From contig JBEKLA010000001.1 in the NCBI GenBank assembly GCA_050010455.1, positions 1 through 55,831 of the forward strand: DNA of 55,831 nt. The letters are read 5' to 3'. Below the pieces are notes generated by a model. It had not been told where the DNA came from, did no database searches, and saw nothing but the letters and a program-made list of their open reading frames with translations. Each line of letters starts with the position of its first letter. The first letter of the stretch is position 1. Shown in pieces: positions 38,522-47,359 of the stretch. Source of the DNA: Candidatus Binataceae bacterium. Lineage in GTDB: Bacteria; Desulfobacterota; Binatia; Binatales; Binataceae. A program made the position numbers and the translations under genes.

Positions 38522-39661
38522 TTGGACTTCGGATTTTCAGAAGAACAGGAAATGTTGCGCGAAGCGGCCAAGCGCTTTCTGGCCGACAACTGCCCAACCA
38601 CCTTCGTTCGCAAGATGATGGCCGACGAGACCGCCCATGACGCCGCGTTCTGGCGCAAGCTGACTGAACTCGGATGGCAGGGATTGCTGATTCCTGAATC
38701 GTACGGCGGCCAAGGTGGATGTTTCCTGGACATGACCGTGATCGCCGAAGAGGCCGGCAAGGCCCTGATCCCTGGCCCGTTTTTCGCCAGCGCGCTGCTC
38801 GGCGCCCCGATTGTTATCGAGGGTGGATCGGAACCTCTGCAAAAGCAGTTACTCCCCAAGATTGCGGCGGGCGAGAGTATCGTGACCGTCGCGATTGCCG
38901 AAGCGTCGGGCCGCTTCGACGCCGCCGGTATCGAGTTGAAGGCGGAAAAGAAGGGGGGCAGTTATGAACTGTCGGGCGAAAAGTTTTTCGTTCCTGACGC
39001 TCACGTCGCTACCGGAATCGCGGTCGTGGCGCGTACCGGCAAAGGCGCCAATCCGGATGAAGGCGTCACGGTGTTCCTGATCGATCCCAAGGCCGCGGGC
39101 GTCACTATAACTCAGCTCAAGACCGTCGATATGACTCGCCGCCTGTGCCACATCAAGTTTGACCGGGTCAAGGTTGACGCCGCCGCTGTGCTCGGCAAGG
39201 AAAACGGTGGATGGCCGATCGTGCGCCGCACGCTCGATATCGCCACTGCCGCGCTTTCGGCCGAGATGGTCGGCACCGCACAGAAGGCGCTCGACATATC
39301 GGTCGAATACGCCAAGACTCGCGTCCAGTTCGGCAAGCCGATCGGTTCGTTCCAGGCGGTCAAGCATAAATGCGTCGACATGATGGTGGCGGTCGAGAAC
39401 GCGCGCTCACTGACTTATTATGCGTGCTGGACGGTCGACGAGCGTTCGGCGGAGGCCGCGACCGCGGTGCCGATGGCGAAAGCTTACGCGTCCGACATGG
39501 CCAAGAACGTCACCAGCGAGGCGATCCAGGTGCACGGTGGTATCGGCTTCACGTGGGAGCACGATATGCATCTGTACCATCGGCGCGCGCTGGCTGGCGA
39601 AGCCAACTTTGGCAACGCGCCGATTCATCGCGAGGTAGTGGCAAAGACGTTGTTCGTCTAG
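38522..39661 (+). CDS. Acyl-CoA dehydrogenase
   Basis: It begins DFGFSEEQEMLREAAKRF and has a C-terminal IQVHGGIGFTWEHDMHLYHRRA. The TTG at 38522 lies 9 nt after aggagg, whereas the track start at 38474 lacks an RBS. Confidence 0.88.
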   Translation: MDFGFSEEQEMLREAAKRFLADNCPTTFVRKMMADETAHDAAFWRKLTELGWQGLLIPESYGGQGGCFLDMTVIAEEAGKALIPGPFFASALLGAPIVIEGGSEPLQKQLLPKIAAGESIVTVAIAEASGRFDAAGIELKAEKKGGSYELSGEKFFVPDAHVATGIAVVARTGKGANPDEGVTVFLIDPKAAGVTITQLKTVDMTRRLCHIKFDRVKVDAAAVLGKENGGWPIVRRTLDIATAALSAEMVGTAQKALDISVEYAKTRVQFGKPIGSFQAVKHKCVDMMVAVENARSLTYYACWTVDERSAEAATAVPMAKAYASDMAKNVTSEAIQVHGGIGFTWEHDMHLYHRRALAGEANFGNAPIHREVVAKTLFV

Positions 39662-39902
39662 CGTCGTGCCGCGTCGGCGCTTAGCGCGCCAGGGTCGCGA
39701 CCGTCCGCGCGATCGTCCCATGGATGGCGCGTTCCTCGCCCGCGCGATCGGTTACCCTCGCCGTCAGTTCATGGAGCCCGGTGCTCTCGAAGGCGGCGGG
39801 CCATCGCCGGCAAAATGGCGACATCCGGTCAGGCATTTGCGACGCCAGCCAGCGTCGCCGTCACCTTGCTCGACACCATCCTCAGAACTGGGAGTGACAA
39901 AG

Positions 39903-40484
39903 GTGCCTGACCCTCAAAATGGAATCGCCGAGGACCGAGCTGAGCGGCGACGAATCTCCCGAGAGCTTCGCTTTGCGGATCTGGTCGCGTTCTTGCTGGT
40001 CTTCGTAACGGGATTCCAGGCTTTCGCGGCCTGGCGAATTTACCTGATAACTGATCAGATGCTGCGGGTTTCGGACCGGCCGTACGTCGGCGTGCAGCAT
40101 CTCAGCCTCGACCTGGAAGATCCGCGCAATCCCAAGGTGGTCATCGAGTTTCGTAACTACGGACAAATCGCGGCCGAAGATGCCGTGCTCGAACGTTCGT
40201 TGTCAGTCGACGGAAAGCCGACAGGAACGGGGCAGCACGAAAAGATTCGTCTGGGAGTTTTGAATCCGCAGGTACCTCATCTCGCCTACACTATGCTGCC
40301 GCCGGCGGATACGAACGCGATACTGGAGGGAAAGTCGCCTCTGGTTGCGATCGTCAGATTCTCTTACACCGACGCCATAGGCGCGAGCTTCTGCTACGGA
40401 ATGCGATTCCGTTACGACCATTACCTGAAAGCTTTTCAGGTGGCGGGCGGCTCTGCTCGATGCGAAGAAACCGAATTGCCCTGA
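39903..40484 (+). CDS. Hypothetical membrane-anchored protein
   Basis: It has a single TM (FADLVAFLLVFVTGFQAFAAWRIYLI) followed by a ~130-aa domain with no motif I recognise. GC is lower than the upstream gene. The start is uncertain: GTG 39903 follows gggag, and the track start at 39666 is judged spurious. Confidence 0.35.
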   Translation: MPDPQNGIAEDRAERRRISRELRFADLVAFLLVFVTGFQAFAAWRIYLITDQMLRVSDRPYVGVQHLSLDLEDPRNPKVVIEFRNYGQIAAEDAVLERSLSVDGKPTGTGQHEKIRLGVLNPQVPHLAYTMLPPADTNAILEGKSPLVAIVRFSYTDAIGASFCYGMRFRYDHYLKAFQVAGGSARCEETELP

Positions 40485-40506
40485 CGTCGGAGGGACCATC
40501 CCGAGA

Positions 40507-40549
40507 GAAAAAACCTCGCAGCAACAGCTAGAGCTGCTGCGAGGTTTTC
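40507..40549. terminator. Bidirectional intrinsic terminator between convergent genes
   Basis: An A-run (aaaaaa) precedes the stem aacctcgcagca (40512-40523) / tgctgcgaggtt (40535-40546). A T-run (tttt) follows. Confidence 0.6.
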
Positions 40550-40565
40550 GTTAGCGGGCGTGCCA

Positions 40566-42602
40566 CTAGAATTGTAGCAACGGCAGATACGGCGCCAAGC
40601 CCGGCGTAGCACCGCCGCTGGGCACGACAGTCGGGGTCGCGGTCGGCGTTGCCGTTTGCGTGGCCGTTGCGGTCACGGTTGCCGTCGGCGTTGCCGTCCG
40701 CGTCGCCGTCGCGGTCGCAGTCACCGTAGGCGTCGCCGTAACGGTAGGCGTCGCTGTCCGCGTCGCCGTCGCGGTCGCAGTCACCGTAGGCGTCGCCGTA
40801 ACGGTAGGCGTTGCCGTCCGCGTCGCCGTCGCGGTCGCAGTCACCGTAGACGTCGCAGTAACGGTAGGCGTCGCTGTCCGCGTCGCCGTCGCGGTCACGG
40901 TTACCGTAGGAGTGGGCGTGACCGTCATGGTCGGAGTCGTGGTCGGGGTTGCCGTCCGCGTCGCCGTCGTGGTCGCAGTCACAGTAGGCGTAGGCGTCGC
41001 AGTCACGGTCGGCGTTACCGTCCGCGTGGGCGTTGCAGTGATGGTCGCCGTAGGCGTGGCCGTCGTAGTAGCGGTCGGCGTTGCGGTCGCCGTCCGTGTG
41101 GCGGTAGCAGTCGCCGTGGGCGTCGGGGTCCGAGTCGGTCCTGTCGCCGTCGGAGTCGGGGTTAGGCTCGGAGTCGGGCCCGTCGCAGTCACGGTCGGCG
41201 TAGGCGTCCTCGTCGCGGTCGCGGTGGCCGTTAGCGTGGCAGTGGCGGTTGGCGTTACCGTCGTGGTCGGCGTTGCCGTTGCCGTTGCGGTTGGCGTTGC
41301 GGTTGCGGTTGGCGTTGCGGTTGCCGTTGGCGTTGCGGTTGCCGTTGGCGTTGCGGTTGCCGTTGGCGTTGCGGTTGCCGTTGGCGTTGCGGTTGCCGTT
41401 GGCGTCGGGGTTGCCGTTGGCGTAGGCGTTGCCGTCAACGTGGGCGTAGCCGTCCCGGTAGATGTTGGCGTGGCCGTCGCGGTCAGGCTCGGAGTCGTCG
41501 TAGCCGTCGCCGTGATCGTCGCCGTGGGCGTCGGGGTCCGAGTCGGTCCTGTCGCCGTCGGAGTCGGGGTTAGCGTCGGAGTCGGTCCCGTCGCAGTCAC
41601 GGTCGGCGTAGGCGTCCTCGTCGCGGTGGCGGTGGCGGTTGCCGTCGGAGTCGCCGTCAGCGTCGGGGTTGCCGTCAACGTGGGCGTAGCCGTCCCGGTA
41701 GATGTTGGCGTGGCCGTCGCGGTCAGGCTCGGAGTCGTCGTAGCCGTCGCCGTGATCGTCGTAGTGGGCGTCGTAGTGGGCGTCGGGGTCTGCGTCGGTC
41801 CTGTCGGCGTAGGCGTAGGCGTAGGAGTCTGAGTCGGCCCGGTCGGGGTGGGTGTAGGCGTCGGGGTGGGTGTAGGCGTCGGGCTGATTGTTAGCGTCGG
41901 AGTCGGAGTCGCCGTTGCTGTCGAAGTCGTCGTCAGCGTTGCTGTTGGCGTCGATGTTGGCGTGGCAGTCACTGTCTGCGCGGCGGTAGGTGTGGTGGTC
42001 GCGGTCGGCGGAGCGATAGTGGGAGTGGTCGTCGGCGGAGCGGCAGTTAAAGTCGCGGTTGGCGGCGCTAACGTGGTCGTAGGGGTCGGCGCGACCGGCG
42101 TTGGGGTAACAATCGCAGTAATAGTCGGCGTGGCCGTCGGGCCCGGGACCGTGACCGGAGTTACCGAGCTCTGCTGCCCAGAGGAGTTGGTATAGGTCAG
42201 GCCGATGGTATCGCCAGCGTTGGCGCAGACCATCAGTCCGGAAAAGCTCCCGTCGGCGTTGGACGGAACCTGCGCCTTGTATGTCGTGCAAGTAGTGTCG
42301 GCATAAGCCACGCCGACAATCAGGCCGCTCGAGGCGGTATGGCTCGTATTGGTCGCGGTCACTGTTCCCGCGCCGGCCACGGCACCAGCGGTGCCGGTTA
42401 TCGTCACCTGGCCCGCAGTGTTAGGCGGCGAGACGGTAATATCAGGGGCTACCGGCGCAGGGGGCTGCGTCAGAGTACCCTGGTTGCTACTACGACCGCA
42501 GCCTCCGAGCACAAGCAACGCAACCGCAGCCCACAGGTAAAGACCTTTTCTCACGGGATTACTGATTCGAATCAATATCCAGCGTACGGCAGGTCTTCGC
42601 AA
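40566..42602 (-). CDS. Lipoprotein with small N-terminal globular domain and ~500-aa Thr/Pro/Ala repeat region
   Basis: The signal and lipobox are [14 protein letters not shown]. Residues ~50-150 are a non-repetitive Cys-containing domain ([17 protein letters not shown]...GLTYTNSSG). Uninterrupted TPT/ATAT repeats then run to within ~20 aa of the C-terminus ([11 protein letters not shown]). The start is either TTG 42602 (after gggag) or GTG 42554. Confidence 0.65.
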   Translation of the reverse strand: MRRPAVRWILIRISNPVRKGLYLWAAVALLVLGGCGRSSNQGTLTQPPAPVAPDITVSPPNTAGQVTITGTAGAVAGAGTVTATNTSHTASSGLIVGVAYADTTCTTYKAQVPSNADGSFSGLMVCANAGDTIGLTYTNSSGQQSSVTPVTVPGPTATPTITAIVTPTPVAPTPTTTLAPPTATLTAAPPTTTPTIAPPTATTTPTAAQTVTATPTSTPTATLTTTSTATATPTPTLTISPTPTPTPTPTPTPTGPTQTPTPTPTPTGPTQTPTPTTTPTTTITATATTTPSLTATATPTSTGTATPTLTATPTLTATPTATATATATRTPTPTVTATGPTPTLTPTPTATGPTRTPTPTATITATATTTPSLTATATPTSTGTATPTLTATPTPTATPTPTATATPTATATPTATATPTATATPTATATPTATATPTATATATPTTTVTPTATATLTATATATRTPTPTVTATGPTPSLTPTPTATGPTRTPTPTATATATRTATATPTATTTATPTATITATPTRTVTPTVTATPTPTVTATTTATRTATPTTTPTMTVTPTPTVTVTATATRTATPTVTATSTVTATATATRTATPTVTATPTVTATATATRTATPTVTATPTVTATATATRTATPTATVTATATQTATPTATPTVVPSGGATPGLAPYLPLLQF
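40630..42150. repeat. Nested in-frame tandem repeats within the Thr/Pro/Ala lipoprotein gene
   Basis: There is an exact 60-bp periodicity across ~40691-40900; consecutive 60-nt sequence lines are nearly identical. An 18-bp unit gcgttgcggttgccgttg is repeated across ~41270-41402. Identical 90-bp blocks lie at 41431-41520 and 41671-41760. Blocks of ~105 bp at 41111 and 41519 are near-identical. Confidence 0.9.
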
Positions 42603-43054
42603 ACACCAGCTCCCGCAGTGTTCGGCGTAGTGTCGAGCATCCTCACTTCAGTTGTGTAGGCGTCCAGCATGATGGCGTACGGACAGCCCGAAGGCGGGAA
42701 AATGTACCCCGTATCGTCGTTATTGAGGCAGTAGGTCCCGGTAGTACCTTTGGAAGCCCAGTTGCTAAACGTGGTCCCGCTGCCATTATTGTTGGAAGCC
42801 TGGTGGTAAGCGGTTACGTTTGCCGAACAATCGAAAGTCATGTAGGCGACCGCTGTTTGGACCGTGCCGGTGGACGAAGTCGTTACGATCGTGCAACCAA
42901 ATGTAGTAGGGGCGCCGGAATTATCGTCGCAGATATCGCCGTTAGAGTTGGTCGCGCACGAAACAGTTGGACAGGTTGCATTCACCTGCGCGACGCTACC
43001 GCACATCACAGCCAGCACTAGGATCAAAGGAATCAGAAACAGCGTTCTTCTCAT
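42572..43054 (-). CDS. Secreted 8-cysteine protein, unknown family
   Basis: The signal peptide is [26 protein letters not shown]. The mature part has 8 Cys and is Thr/Ser/Asn/Gly-rich. RBS gggagag lies upstream. GC is clearly below the window average. Confidence 0.6.
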   Translation of the reverse strand: MRRTLFLIPLILVLAVMCGSVAQVNATCPTVSCATNSNGDICDDNSGAPTTFGCTIVTTSSTGTVQTAVAYMTFDCSANVTAYHQASNNNGSGTTFSNWASKGTTGTYCLNNDDTGYIFPPSGCPYAIMLDAYTTEVRMLDTTPNTAGAGVCEDLPYAGY

Positions 43055-43259
43055 TACGGGCTCTCTCCCGACGAGTGTCTCAACGCAGCTTTATATAGGT
43101 GGTAGTAGAATTTTGCAATGAGGGTACGGGCCCTATTGCCTAATGCGCTGCTTTTTTTACAGGAGTGTCGCGATCAAGTTGGCGAAAAGCACACGTCGCG
43201 CGGAGTTGAGGCTCCGCGCAACGCTGCACCGTATAGAGTTACCCTAGCTTGATAGGGGC

Positions 43260-44657
43260 TTAATGAGCGTTGCTGCCAGCGGTAAGCACCCGCACCAGAC
43301 TGCCAACGACGGCCTTGGCGTCGCCGAACAGCATCAACGTCTTGTCAAGGTAATAGAGCTCGTTGTCGATTCCGGCGAATCCCGGGCTAAGACTGCGCTT
43401 GATTACCATCACCGTCCGCGCTTTATCTACATCGAGAATCGGCATCCCGAAGATCGGGCTACTCTTGTCGTGGCGCGCGGCGGGATTGGTGACGTCGTTG
43501 GCGCCGATTACCAGCGCCACGTCGGTCTCGGCGAATTCAGGATTGGCGTCCTCCATGTCGAGCAGCCTGTCATAGGGAACATCGGCCTCGGCGAGCAGCA
43601 CGTTCATGTGGCCGGGCATGCGGCCCGCTACCGGATGAATGGCGAACTTCACCTCCACGCCGCGCTTAGTGAGGATATCGTACAGTTCGCGCACCCGATG
43701 CTGGGCCTGGGCTACCGCCATCCCGTAGCCGGGAACCACTATCACCCTGTTGGCCACCTCGAGGATCGCGGCCGCCTCCTCAGGAGTCGCGGAGCGTGCG
43801 TTCTTCTCCTCGACCTGTCCCACCGCCGCTTCCTGCACCTGCCCGAAGGCACCGAACAGGACGTTGGTAAACGATCGGTTCATCGCCCGCGACATAATCA
43901 CGGACAGAACGAAGCCCGACGACCCGTCCAGCGCGCCGGCGACGATCAACAGCTTGCTCTTGAGCACGAAACCCATCGCCGCTGCTGAAAGACCCGCGTA
44001 CGAGTTAAGCAGCGAGATCACGGTGGGCATGTCGGCTCCGCCGATCGGAATTACCATCAGGAAGCCGAACGCCAGCGGGATCAGTATGATCAGCGGGAAC
44101 AGGTAGGTTTCGTCCGGATGAAGCACGAGGCGGATGGCGATCAGAATCGCGCCGGCCAGCAGCGACAGGTTGACGAAATTCTGGCCCTTATAAGTGATCG
44201 GCCTTTGCGGCAGCACCTCCTGGAGCTTGCCCGCTGCCATCAAGCTCGCGGTGAAGGTGAGCGAGCCCAGGATCACTTCGATGGAAAGCGCCGACATCGT
44301 GAAGCGGGAGATGTCCGGCGCATCGAGATAGAACTCCGCCGTTCCCACCATCGCGGCCGCGAGCGCGCCAAAGGCGTGGCTGAGCGCGGTCCGCTGCGGA
44401 ACCGCCGTCATCGGCACCATCCCGAGCGGTACGCCGACCACCACGCCCACGATCAGGCCCACAGCAATCCACTCGTAGCCTATGATCCCGCGGTAAAGCA
44501 GGGTGGCCGCGATCGCCATTGCCATTCCGATTTCGCCCGCCAACACGCCTTTGCGCGCGGTTGACGGCGCGCTCAGCCATTTGAGCGAGAGCACGAACAG
44601 CACGACGGCGCAGATGTACGCCAGCTCGATGAGATATTCGTTAGCTGCGGGGCTCAC
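43260..44657 (-). CDS. pntB: NAD(P) transhydrogenase subunit beta
   Basis: It has a multi-TM N-terminal half and a C-terminal dIII domain: VVPGYGMAVAQAQH, GRMPGHMNVLLAEA and VIGANDV. Confidence 0.93.
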   Translation of the reverse strand: MSPAANEYLIELAYICAVVLFVLSLKWLSAPSTARKGVLAGEIGMAMAIAATLLYRGIIGYEWIAVGLIVGVVVGVPLGMVPMTAVPQRTALSHAFGALAAAMVGTAEFYLDAPDISRFTMSALSIEVILGSLTFTASLMAAGKLQEVLPQRPITYKGQNFVNLSLLAGAILIAIRLVLHPDETYLFPLIILIPLAFGFLMVIPIGGADMPTVISLLNSYAGLSAAAMGFVLKSKLLIVAGALDGSSGFVLSVIMSRAMNRSFTNVLFGAFGQVQEAAVGQVEEKNARSATPEEAAAILEVANRVIVVPGYGMAVAQAQHRVRELYDILTKRGVEVKFAIHPVAGRMPGHMNVLLAEADVPYDRLLDMEDANPEFAETDVALVIGANDVTNPAARHDKSSPIFGMPILDVDKARTVMVIKRSLSPGFAGIDNELYYLDKTLMLFGDAKAVVGSLVRVLTAGSNAH

Positions 44658-44950
44658 TGTGGTTTGTTCCCCTTGGCGGTGTGGAACATTCTCAGCATCC
44701 GGTCGGTGATGAGAAAACCGCCGACCACGTTGCTGACCGAAGCGGCCACGGCCAGCGTGCCGAGCACGGTCGCCAGCGTGCTGCGCTGTTCACCCGCGAT
44801 AACGATCGCGCCGACCACCGCGATCGCGTCGAGCGCGTTGGTCAACGACATCAGCGGCGTATGCAGCAGCGGCGAGACCCGCCGGATTACCTCGAAACCG
44901 AGGAATCCCGCCAGCACCAGTACGTAAAGATTTGGAATCAAGTCCGCCAT
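44654..44950 (-). CDS. pntAB: NAD(P) transhydrogenase subunit alpha part 2 (membrane)
   Basis: This 98-aa protein has three TM helices: LYVLVLAGFLGFEVI..HTPLMSLTNA..GAIVIAG. It overlaps pntB by 4 nt. Confidence 0.85.
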   Translation of the reverse strand: MADLIPNLYVLVLAGFLGFEVIRRVSPLLHTPLMSLTNALDAIAVVGAIVIAGEQRSTLATVLGTLAVAASVSNVVGGFLITDRMLRMFHTAKGNKPQ

Positions 44951-44987
44951 AGTATCTTCCTCAAGGACAACTCCTTCCGAGCTTATT

Positions 44988-46160
44988 TCACGACGCGGCG
45001 GGCGCGGCCGCCTGCGGCTGTTCCGGGGTGAGCAGGCGATGCACCACCGCTCCGTTGCGCGTCACCAGGGTCTCGCGCGTAATCTCGTCTTGCACATCGA
45101 TGTTGATCTGACCGTCCTTCACCAGATGGAGCAGGAACGCGGTCAAGTTGCGCGAATACATCTGGCTCGCGTGATAAGGAACCGTGCTGGCGAGGTTGAA
45201 ATAGCCGAAGATGGTGACGCCATGCGCGCTTATCCGCTCGTTGAGCTGGGTCAGCTCGCAGTTGCCGCCACGCTCCGAGGCCAGATCGACGATCACCGAG
45301 CCCGGCGCCATCCGTTTGACCATGTCGGCGGTGACCAGCAAGGGCGCGCGCTTGCCGGGCACGCTCGCGGTGCAGATCACGACGTCGCTTTCCGCCACCA
45401 CGCGAGTCAGCAGCTCGCGCTGGCGCTGCAGGAAGGTCTCGTCCTGCTGCTTGGCGTAGCCGCGATGGTCCTGAGATTGGCCGGTCTCGAGCGCCAGCTC
45501 GACGTAGCGTCCGCCGAGGCTCTGAATCTGTTCCTTCACCGCGGGCCGCACGTCGTACGCCGAGGCGACGGCGCCCAGCCGTCGCGCGGTCGCGATCGCC
45601 TGCAGGCCCGCCACGCCCGCGCCAAGTGTCAAAACCCGTGCCGGCGTGATCGTTCCCGCCGCCGTCGTCAGCATCGGAAAGAATCGCGGCAGCGCGTCGG
45701 CGGCGAGCAGCACCGCTTTGTAGCCGCATACCGTGGCCATCGCCGAGAGCGCATCCATGTTCTGGCTGCGCGTGATTCGCGGCATCAGCTCGACCGAGAA
45801 CGCCGTGACGTTTTTCGCCGCGATCTCGGCGACGGTTTGCGGCGATCCCAGGGCACGTAAAAATCCTACCAGCACTTGCCCCGAGCGCATCAGCGGCAGA
45901 TCGTCGCGGCCAGTCTGATCGTTGGCGCCGTAACACAACACCTGGATCACGACGTCTGCGGTAGCGAAGATCTCGGCACGGGTTGGAAGCAGCTTCGCGC
46001 CCTTTTCGACGTAAGCCGCGTCCGTATATCCGGCCGAAATTCCGGCCCCTTCCTCGATAACAACTTCGCACTTGGCTTTGTTCAACTGCGGGATCGAGGC
46101 GGGGACAATCGCCACCCGCCGCTCGCCGGGAAAACTTTCCTTGGGAACGCCAATTATCAT
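44988..46160 (-). CDS. pntAA: NAD(P) transhydrogenase subunit alpha part 1 (dI, alanine-dehydrogenase fold)
   Basis: It starts MIIGVPKESFPGERRVAIVP and carries the Rossmann motif VLTLGAGVAGLQAIATARRLGA. Confidence 0.92.
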   Translation of the reverse strand: MIIGVPKESFPGERRVAIVPASIPQLNKAKCEVVIEEGAGISAGYTDAAYVEKGAKLLPTRAEIFATADVVIQVLCYGANDQTGRDDLPLMRSGQVLVGFLRALGSPQTVAEIAAKNVTAFSVELMPRITRSQNMDALSAMATVCGYKAVLLAADALPRFFPMLTTAAGTITPARVLTLGAGVAGLQAIATARRLGAVASAYDVRPAVKEQIQSLGGRYVELALETGQSQDHRGYAKQQDETFLQRQRELLTRVVAESDVVICTASVPGKRAPLLVTADMVKRMAPGSVIVDLASERGGNCELTQLNERISAHGVTIFGYFNLASTVPYHASQMYSRNLTAFLLHLVKDGQINIDVQDEITRETLVTRNGAVVHRLLTPEQPQAAAPAAS

Positions 46161-46659
46161 GATCTGTTCACAGCCTTACGCTCGCTTGCTCTTTGACGCG
46201 TTCTAAACCGCGACAATCCACGCATCAACTCTCGATTCTTCAGGCACCAAAGAAGCTATATTACAGTCTCGGTTCGAACTACCGTTAATCGAAAATAACG
46301 GTTGTAAAGAATTCTCCAGCGCGCGCTCAGATACGGTGCGAGTAATCTGCTCCGGGCTTCCCACCCTCGGTTGGCGGGTCACCCGACATGTTCACTCCAA
46401 ATTCGATGTTAGCTTGACGCCCGCCCAAGCGTTCCAGGCCGGCGCCGATGTCGCCTTTTCAGCCCGCCCCGAGCGCCTCCTTCGAATTCATAAGCTACGC
46501 TTCTATAAGAAACTTTTCTCATAAGCAAGCCATGTGCCCGCAAAAAGCTTCATCGCGAACTTCTGTGGAAAGAGCGAGAATGGCTCCGGAAGCCGGAACG
46601 AGCACGGAATACGTCACGTGCCGCAGCCAATACCGTCGGCATGAGCTTCTGACCGCGAA

Positions 46660-46878
46660 TTAGGGTTCGGACCGCACCACGGTCTCGACCGAAAGGCCGG
46701 TGGCGTCTTCGGAAGGATGATAGTGCAGAAGCTCGAAGCCGATGACGCGGCCCTCCGCGTCTTTCATCAGGACTACTTCCTCAGTGGTTTCCTCGCAGAT
46801 GCTTTCCTTCGAGGGTTCGTCAAACCACACGGTCAGGGTGTGCCCGACCGCATCGTGAATCACTTTGATTTTGTCCAT
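46660..46878 (-). CDS. DUF2283-family small protein (putative antitoxin partner)
   Basis: From the internal ATG at 46878 it reads MDKIKVIHDAVGHTLTVWFDEP...VIGFELLHY, the DUF2283 pattern. It overlaps the upstream gene by 19 nt. Confidence 0.7.
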   Translation of the reverse strand: MDKIKVIHDAVGHTLTVWFDEPSKESICEETTEEVVLMKDAEGRVIGFELLHYHPSEDATGLSVETVVRSEP

Positions 46879-47180
46879 ATTTGATCTCCCGCCTTGATGG
46901 CATCGGTGGGATACGCCGTGATTAGGAATCCCTCTCCATTCTCGCGCCGGACGACGGCACAAAGCCATCGCGGCGAGCTACCTCTGTAGAAAAGAAAAAC
47001 GCTGGGGTCCTTCCGGCTCCGCCGGATTTCGTCGGGATCGGCGAGAGTCTGTTGCACCTCTTCTTCGTGTCCGGCAAGGACCGGGTGCTTTTGCGAGACG
47101 ATGAAGCTCCAGTAGGGACGAGTGCAGCGGACAGAAAAGCCAAGCGGCGTCGGAACATTAAATAGGGTCGTCGAAGCCAC
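46860..47180 (-). CDS. DUF4258-like putative toxin
   Basis: It has FNVPTPLGFSVRCTRPYWSFIVSQKHPVLAGHEEEVQQTLADPDEIRRS...LFYR...GFLITAYPTDAIKAGDQIW. From memory this matches small proteins routinely paired with DUF2283. The family assignment is unverified. Confidence 0.5.
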   Translation of the reverse strand: MASTTLFNVPTPLGFSVRCTRPYWSFIVSQKHPVLAGHEEEVQQTLADPDEIRRSRKDPSVFLFYRGSSPRWLCAVVRRENGEGFLITAYPTDAIKAGDQIWTKSK

Positions 47181-47359
47181 GGTGTTGAGCCATTTTACCT
47201 CTCAAGTAGGACCTCGACCAAACCGCGGCGACGTCCCTGATAACAGGCCCCGCATCCATTTGACGCAACCGGCACCAAAACCGGCACCGCGTGGCCCGCA
47301 GCGATCAACGCACCGGACGGCCTATTCTACTAAGTGCCTGTATTGCTAGGTGATTTTGA

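Noticed and set aside
40630-42150. Possible CRISPR array, suggested by regular short repeats.
   Set aside because: The repeats are contiguous with no unique spacers. Their periods are multiples of 3 and lie in frame inside a CDS, and no cas genes are present.
40528-42291. A 587-aa D/N/G/H-rich ORF on the minus strand, plus the V/A/G-rich plus-strand ORFs 40660..41832 and 41848..42195, all overlapping the Thr/Pro/Ala lipoprotein gene.
   Set aside because: They are open only because the periodic GC-rich repeat lacks stop codons in several frames. They have no signal peptide, RBS or non-repetitive domain. The chosen frame has a lipobox and a globular N-terminal domain. The same-strand alternative cannot be excluded by codon bias alone, and this is flagged in the findings.
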